Shown here: positions 6,967 through 11,872 of the stretch, in pieces
Position numbering within the stretch: the stretch's first letter is position 1
Layout: every line of letters begins with the position of its first letter
Source: Promethearchaeota archaeon
GTDB lineage: Archaea > Asgardarchaeota > Lokiarchaeia > Sigyniarchaeales > SOKP01
Length of the DNA: 11,872 nucleotides
Reading direction: 5' to 3'
Assembly: GCA_016840085.1 (NCBI GenBank)
Contig: JAEOTA010000039.1
Coordinates: 1-11,872 of the forward strand
The notes under the pieces: model-generated
Databases searched by the model: none
Seen by the model: only the letters and a program-made list of their open reading frames with translations
Told to the model about the DNA's origin: nothing
Program-made: the position numbers and the translations under genes

Positions 6967-6977
6967 TAATGTTAATT

Positions 6978-8717
6978 CTACTTTTCTAAAGAAGGGAATT
7001 CATATCTATAGATTTTAAATATAATTTTAAATCCAACATATAGAGTTATAATTAAAAGTAATATCAATACCGGTGTATTTTGAATTAAATAAGCAGCAAA
7101 TAAAATCCCACTAATCAGTGAATATATTATGAATCCTAAAAAGAAAATGAGTGCCCATTTTTTTATTTTTTGCTCCGGATGAACTACTTCAATTACATAA
7201 TAGCTTCTTGTTTTTCCAAAGAAATATATTCTCATTTCAAATATAATTAATAAAAACATTAAAGCAAACGGTAAAGCTCCAAGCCCAGTAAAAATTGAAA
7301 TATAAAACTCGGATTCACCTATATACATGGTTGATGGTGCTAAAACTGTAATGGATTGAATAAGGGCCATTAATATTAATTTAGCTCTAGCCTGTTCACG
7401 TGGTACTAATGGTAATGAAGATAATATTGAAGCACCAGATTCTTCTACAGCTAATATTCCATTTACAATCATACCTGAAATTACCAAATTAAGACCAACT
7501 ATAACAATGATATTAAATATAAAATCAATTTTAAAGGGATTAATCCCTCCAATATTAGTAAGATTATAAGTAAAGGTAAAAATAAATCCAATTACGATCG
7601 GCATTACAATAGTCAAGAAGAATTTAAGATCACGAGTAGCAATTATTAAATCCTTACGAATATATGCCCAAACTTTAGAGTGTACCTTAATCCTTATTGA
7701 ATTCTTTAATTTTTCGAAGTTTAAAGATATATCTTTATTTTCAAGTTTGAATTTTGTGAAGGTACTCTTTTTAATGCACTTTATTGATTTAAGATATAAA
7801 AAATATGTTAAGATTAAAAAGAGCATAAAACCTATAATTATATTAAACCAAATTTGTATTGATATTTCATGTGGCGCTATTAGCGTAGATATTAGATAAC
7901 CTGGAGCAATCGGAAAAGGGATCATGCTTAAAATAAGGATTATCAATGTAGGGACTTTTGATCTTGCAAATAAAGTGAAAAAAATTTCAATAGAACTTAA
8001 TGCCCATTGAATTAAAAAGACACTCCCAATCACTATAATTATGTAACTTATTAAATTTATTAAACGAACAAAATGAGTTCTTTTTGAGCCAATTGCGTTA
8101 ATATTTAAAACTCTATTCATTCTTTCGCTAAAAAGAATTAGTAAGCAGAATGAAAATATTGTATTTAGTATTGAAACACCTATACTAGTGATCAAAATTA
8201 ATAAGTTCTGAGTTCCAATGAACATGATAATGGGAAGAGATATAGTTATAACTATTAAAGGTATATCTAAGCTTCGTATTATCGTTATAAGGATCAATTT
8301 TTTTATTTTTTCTCGTGAGACTGGTAGAGTCTCAATCCATTCGAAAATACCCCCTGATAATAATTTCATTGTATTCAACATAGACATAAGAAAAAAGTTA
8401 AAAAATTGGAAGATAAAATAAATTCCAAAGAGCAGACTACTCGCGAAGAGTATGACTTCAATAGGAACTGTACCTTCCTCGATAAAATCTATAACTTGAA
8501 AATAGGTTAATAACGGAATAATAGGTAAAATCCCAAAGATAACTGCTCCAAATAATTTTGATATAAAAAGTCGTCTTTTAAGAGTCTCTCTGTTTAATAA
8601 CTCGTTCTTAATAGGACGAAATCGAACTGATTCCAACCTCTCAAGTTGTTCGTCTATTAAAATTTCATAAGTTGTAATTTTCGAAAGGGAAAGCAAACTT
8701 AATTCTTTTTCTTTCAT
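6978..8717 (-). CDS. Multi-pass membrane protein, putative ABC-2-type exporter permease, 579 aa
   Basis: Roughly a dozen hydrophobic segments in two similar halves. Motifs EWIETLPVSREK and EESGASILSSLPL...RAK, plus RKDLIIATRD, are typical of archaeal ABC-2-like permeases. Confidence 0.8.
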   Translation of the reverse strand: MKEKELSLLSLSKITTYEILIDEQLERLESVRFRPIKNELLNRETLKRRLFISKLFGAVIFGILPIIPLLTYFQVIDFIEEGTVPIEVILFASSLLFGIYFIFQFFNFFLMSMLNTMKLLSGGIFEWIETLPVSREKIKKLILITIIRSLDIPLIVITISLPIIMFIGTQNLLILITSIGVSILNTIFSFCLLILFSERMNRVLNINAIGSKRTHFVRLINLISYIIIVIGSVFLIQWALSSIEIFFTLFARSKVPTLIILILSMIPFPIAPGYLISTLIAPHEISIQIWFNIIIGFMLFLILTYFLYLKSIKCIKKSTFTKFKLENKDISLNFEKLKNSIRIKVHSKVWAYIRKDLIIATRDLKFFLTIVMPIVIGFIFTFTYNLTNIGGINPFKIDFIFNIIVIVGLNLVISGMIVNGILAVEESGASILSSLPLVPREQARAKLILMALIQSITVLAPSTMYIGESEFYISIFTGLGALPFALMFLLIIFEMRIYFFGKTRSYYVIEVVHPEQKIKKWALIFFLGFIIYSLISGILFAAYLIQNTPVLILLLIITLYVGFKIIFKIYRYEFPSLEK

Positions 8718-8847
8718 GAAAATGAAGCTACTCTATCTTAATACAGATAAATCCTCCTATTTCATATGTCCATGTTATTTATACTGCAACTTGTTAGTTG
8801 ATAAATTCGTTATATTTAGTAAATATAATCTTTTCTATAAAATTATT

Positions 8848-9168
8848 TTAAGAATTTAAATTATATAATGCTACAAAAATAAGTTCTATTGCTTTTATTT
8901 TATTAAATTCAATAATTCTTAGTATTTTCTTCTTCTTTTCTTTAGGAAGGTTTTTCAATTTTTTTGGATCTTTTAATAGTTCTTCGATTTTTGAAATAAA
9001 ACCATTTAAATTAGATTTTAATGCTGAAAAAATAAATCTCTCATCCATAGGAAGTCTCCCTTTCAAATATGATGGAAATGTGCCGATTATCTTCTCAATT
9101 CTAATAAGTGTCCTTCCATAACCATCTTGCATCCCTGGTTCCAATTGTTGAAATTTTAAATCATCCAT
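8848..9168 (-). CDS. Hypothetical helical protein, probably the surviving 3' part of a longer gene
   Basis: ORF track entry, 106 aa. The frame stays open for 33 more codons upstream without a start (LFSIILFNLFETGRFTENQVNCLYRNCRLLQDE, to 9267). Confidence 0.6.
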   Translation of the reverse strand: MDDLKFQQLEPGMQDGYGRTLIRIEKIIGTFPSYLKGRLPMDERFIFSALKSNLNGFISKIEELLKDPKKLKNLPKEKKKKILRIIEFNKIKAIELIFVALYNLNS

Positions 9169-9465
9169 TTCATCTTGTAATAATCTACAATTCCTATATA
9201 AACAATTTACTTGGTTTTCAGTAAATCGCCCCGTTTCAAATAAATTAAATAAAATGATAGAAAATAGTTAGATCATTATATTTCTATTCCATACTCAATT
9301 TTAAGTTGATTTCTAAATTTTTTCTTTTAAATATAATTCACAATTCAACATTTGATAAAATTTGATCTATATTTTTTACATAAAAGACAATAAATTTTCT
9401 ATTCAGGAATCTTTATATCAATATTGTTCATCTATTTCTCTCCATATTAATTCTTCAAGACTCAT
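9169..9465 (-). pseudogene. Decayed coding sequence (small-gene remnant plus eroded 5' part of the 8848 gene)
   Basis: ATG 9465 gives MSLEELIWREIDEQY, then a TGA at 9418-9420 and further stops and frameshifts. Bases 9402-9435 align with 11841-11870. Confidence 0.55.
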
Positions 9466-9573
9466 TTTATATACCAAAATCTGTTATTACCTGACAGTTC
9501 TATGGCTATATATAAAGAAAAAATGAGAATATTTCAGGGCAAAATATTTTTTCTTATAAAATTTAAGAAAATT

Positions 9574-9744
9574 TTAGGAGAGAAAATCATAAATGCCCTT
9601 TCGAGGTCTTGAAATTATTATTATCAATTTTAAAAATGCTTCTAAATATTTCGTATCTCTCATTATCTGTGGGTCTTTCATTAATATATTGAAATTTCTA
9701 ATTTTTTCTTTTAACTTGTCTTTTTTATTACTTATTTCCCCCAT
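9574..9744 (-). CDS. Small basic hypothetical protein, 56 aa
   Basis: MGEISNKKDKLKEKIRNFNILMKDPQIMRDTKYLEAFLKLIIIISRPRKGIYDFLS*. It overlaps the upstream micro-ORF by 17 nt. Not in the ORF track. Confidence 0.5.
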   Translation of the reverse strand: MGEISNKKDKLKEKIRNFNILMKDPQIMRDTKYLEAFLKLIIIISRPRKGIYDFLS

Positions 9745-9868
9745 TTGAGAATACCGCTTTGTCCGTAGCGGTAGGATCTTCAGAAAGCAAGAGATATATA
9801 ATTACTCCTAACAATACTGTGATAAGGAAAGAATAAAAAGTCGCGACATTAAGGTTTCTTTCTCCCAT
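9728..9868 (-). CDS. Single-TM micro-protein, 46 aa
   Basis: MGERNLNVATFYSFLITVLLGVIIYLLLSEDPTATDKAVFSNGGNK*. An RBS-like AAGGAGAGTGA lies upstream, and the ATG is 17 nt after the DUF2299-like stop. Not in the ORF track. Confidence 0.65.
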   Translation of the reverse strand: MGERNLNVATFYSFLITVLLGVIIYLLLSEDPTATDKAVFSNGGNK

Positions 9869-9885
9869 ATTTCACTCTCCTTTAT

Positions 9886-10389
9886 CTATGAAATTAATTC
9901 TAAATCAGAAGTGTCAAATTCTCCTGAGAAAAAATCACGTAGCTCTATTAGAATAACAATGAACAGTCCGTGAACCTTCTTAATACTCTTATAGAACTTG
10001 TCCTTGGAAAAAATCTCGCCCTTACTAATATAAATGGTATCAACAATAGTAAATCGTATATTTTGCTTGTCAAATGCGTGGAGAAGGCCTTCCAAGGAAA
10101 TAGTCTTTGAGAGATGCCGTAAAAATGGCTCTTTCTTATCCTCTCTCATTTGTTCCCACATGTGCACATTTCGTTTATCTAGAGAGATGGTGCTCAAGAT
10201 TTCCACATATCCTTTATCTTTAGCTTTTACCACTGTAAATGGTTTTCCGATAGGTCTTCCTTGCGGATCGTTCCCCTTTGGAAATATAAATCGGAATCCA
10301 AAATCCAACTTAGCGTTATGCAATGTTTCTTTTAACTCTACATCCTCAAGATATTCTTTAACAGTATCTTTTAAATTTGTATTGCTCAT
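9886..10389 (-). CDS. DUF2299-like family protein
   Basis: N-terminal LKDTVKEYL...KLDFGFRFIFP, central FTVVKAKDKGYVEI and C-terminal DTIYI...SKDKFYKSIKKV resemble archaeal DUF2299 proteins. Recognised by eye only. Confidence 0.7.
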   Translation of the reverse strand: MSNTNLKDTVKEYLEDVELKETLHNAKLDFGFRFIFPKGNDPQGRPIGKPFTVVKAKDKGYVEILSTISLDKRNVHMWEQMREDKKEPFLRHLSKTISLEGLLHAFDKQNIRFTIVDTIYISKGEIFSKDKFYKSIKKVHGLFIVILIELRDFFSGEFDTSDLELIS

Positions 10390-10636
10390 CTTCCTACCTA
10401 TATATTTACCATAAGTATCTTAAATCTCTTTCTATCAAATTTCAATTGACTTTATTTAATCTTTTATTTTTAATATTTTATGTTCAACTAATCTAATAAT
10501 AAAAAGGTAAGGGATAATTTTTAAACAAAAATTCCTAATTATTCAATCACTCATTTTCCTCACAAAAATTATTGCCCTTAACCCTAGTATATCAAATTCA
10601 ATAATTACTAAGAAGATAAATAGTAACTTAATTATT

Positions 10637-10705
10637 TAAAGTCTTTACTATCGCAAAGACTAGTGTGTAAAATAGGAAAGACTAGTTTTTAATATAATAA
10701 AGTCT
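10637..10705. promoter_or_regulatory. Operator-like repeat cluster in the divergent promoter region
   Basis: Inverted repeat AGTCTTT-N8-AAAGACT (10640-10661). Direct repeat AAAGACTAGT at 10655 and 10677. TAAAGTCT at 10637 and 10698. Confidence 0.6.
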
Positions 10706-10745
10706 ATTCGTTATATTAGTAGAAACTTCTAAAATTAGCGTAAAA

Positions 10746-11243
10746 ATGAGTAAAAAAAGACTTTTTGGATCATTAGCTACAATTGAATTGTTGTTTTATC
10801 TTTCATCCGAGAACTTTATTACTTCGGGTATTATTCGTACTCAATTTAATACTGTGCCCTATCAGACGATCTATAAACGATTAACTACCTTGAAGAATCA
10901 AGGATATGTCGAAGAAATGGAGAAGTCAGGAGATTATGCAGGTGATGACCGGCGGGAATATAAAGTGACTGAATCGGGACTACAATTTCGAGAGGAAATA
11001 ACTGAAAACATGGTGAAGCTATTACAACCTGCGATAGATAAAATGATCCAGCAAAAAACTAAAGATCTCCAGACACCGATACTCGAAGATAAAGAGGAGC
11101 AAATTAAAAACTTTATATTAGAATTTTCAGGGGAGTGTGAAGGGATTATAAATGATGAAACTTCAGTAGAACTGCAAAAAATCCTGAAACGATTGCTAAC
11201 TAAAATTTTTTATTGTTTTTTTTTAAGGATCATTCCTGAATGA
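10746..11243 (+). CDS. Winged helix-turn-helix transcriptional regulator (PadR/MarR-like) with C-terminal helical domain
   Basis: Recognition helix and wing: YQTIYKRLTTLKNQGYVEE...DDRREYKVTESG, matching the PadR-type tlY..L..Le..G.v....Rk.Y.lT..G pattern. Confidence 0.85.
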   Translation: MSKKRLFGSLATIELLFYLSSENFITSGIIRTQFNTVPYQTIYKRLTTLKNQGYVEEMEKSGDYAGDDRREYKVTESGLQFREEITENMVKLLQPAIDKMIQQKTKDLQTPILEDKEEQIKNFILEFSGECEGIINDETSVELQKILKRLLTKIFYCFFLRIIPE

Positions 11244-11299
11244 TATCTTAAAGAACTATGATTTTCTATTTTTAGATTTGAATAAGTATATTCCTTTAA

Positions 11300-11376
11300 A
11301 GCATTTCAATTTTTTTTTTTAAACTATTTCTTTTTCTCTTTTCCCTAAAAATAATCCTTTTTGTCCCTTTTTTTTA
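11300..11376 (+). terminator. T-rich terminator region between convergent genes
   Basis: Long T tracts (12 T at about 11309-11320, then TTTCTTTTTCTCTTTT and CCCTTTTTTTT) downstream of the regulator. Confidence 0.4.
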
Positions 11377-11378
11377 AT

Positions 11379-11762
11379 CTATTTCAAAGAATCGCTTATT
11401 TCATTCAAGAGAGAATCAATATCTAATAATTTATCTTTTAAATTTGTAAGACTTAATTGAAAATCTCTTATAGCTTTTTTAACTTGATCATTTAAAGCTT
11501 CTTCTCTTTTTGATAAACCTCTTTGCATTTTGTTTGAATTTTCTAAATATGATTCGAAATCTTGTTGACTAAGAGCATTTTTCATTAATAACTTTATATC
11601 TTGAGTTACTTTTTTAAATCTCTCTCCTTGATAGAGAATTCTATTCATTGTTGACATTGATCGAACATCTAGATAATTCCTAAATGTCTCATTATGCTTA
11701 ATTATTATATTTTTTAGCATTTTCAAGGCATTGATTAGAGATAAAACAATTTCATTATCCAT
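11379..11762 (-). CDS. Hypothetical alpha-helical bundle protein, 127 aa
   Basis: ORF track entry with amphipathic heptads (FQLSLTNLKDKLLDIDSLLNEISDSLK). Confidence 0.8.
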   Translation of the reverse strand: MDNEIVLSLINALKMLKNIIIKHNETFRNYLDVRSMSTMNRILYQGERFKKVTQDIKLLMKNALSQQDFESYLENSNKMQRGLSKREEALNDQVKKAIRDFQLSLTNLKDKLLDIDSLLNEISDSLK

Positions 11763-11792
11763 TTTTTATCATTTTTTTTAGGTATTTAGTAT

Positions 11793-11872
11793 CTAATCAA
11801 TTAAAAATTCAAACAGAAATTTTAAAAATATTTTGAATCCTTCAGGATCATCTTTATATTGTTCCTCTATAT
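11793..11872 (-). CDS. 3' end of a hypothetical protein (partial, runs off the right edge)
   Basis: ...IEEQYKDDPEGFKIFLKFLFEFLID*, with TAG at 11793-11795, 30 nt before the ATG of the co-oriented 127-aa gene. Confidence 0.6.
   Translation of the reverse strand, partial: IEEQYKDDPEGFKIFLKFLFEFLID

Noticed and set aside
8218-8421. 67-aa plus-strand ORF from the track
   Set aside because: Antisense inside the permease gene.
3493-9420. Alternative genetic code (TGA as Trp/Gly) suggested by several in-frame TGAs at 3493, 5030, 9403 and 9418
   Set aside because: Intact genes end in TGA (4943, 5667, 11243) and TGG is used for Trp. The 5030 TGA is explained by a 9-nt deletion, and the 9400 region also has TAA/TAG stops and frameshifts.
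5133-9760. Shared 10-mer ATACCGCTTT at 5133 and 9751
   Set aside because: The match does not extend on either side and is compatible with chance.
10034-10414. 126-aa plus-strand ORF from the track
   Set aside because: Antisense shadow of the DUF2299-like gene.

Overview
Very AT-rich prokaryotic DNA, most likely from an Asgard (Lokiarchaeia/Promethearchaeota-like) archaeon. This is an inference from the soluble PAS-PAS-HisKA-HATPase kinase style, a DUF2299-like gene, TTTATATA/TTTAAA TATA-like boxes, GGTG-type ribosome-binding sites and T-tract terminators. Recognisable genes are an orphan PAS histidine kinase (624-2351), a DUF559/Vsr-like nuclease (5161-5667), an ABC-2-type permease with no adjacent ATPase (6978-8717), a DUF2299-like protein (9886-10389) and a divergent PadR-like winged-helix regulator (10746-11243). 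The accessory DNA between them holds several features missing from the ORF track: a 58-aa AbrB/MazE-like gene, a truncated beta-class DNA methyltransferase with a mutated SAM motif, and two overlapping micro-ORFs. There is also a family of dispersed direct repeats bracketing a single secreted beta-sandwich gene (4273-5030), and what looks like a decayed second copy (8848-9465) of the two-gene unit at the right edge (11379->11872). I found no tRNA, rRNA, CRISPR array, transposase or integrase. No complete new system can be demonstrated from this window; the repeat-bracketed gene and the duplicated two-gene unit are the best leads.
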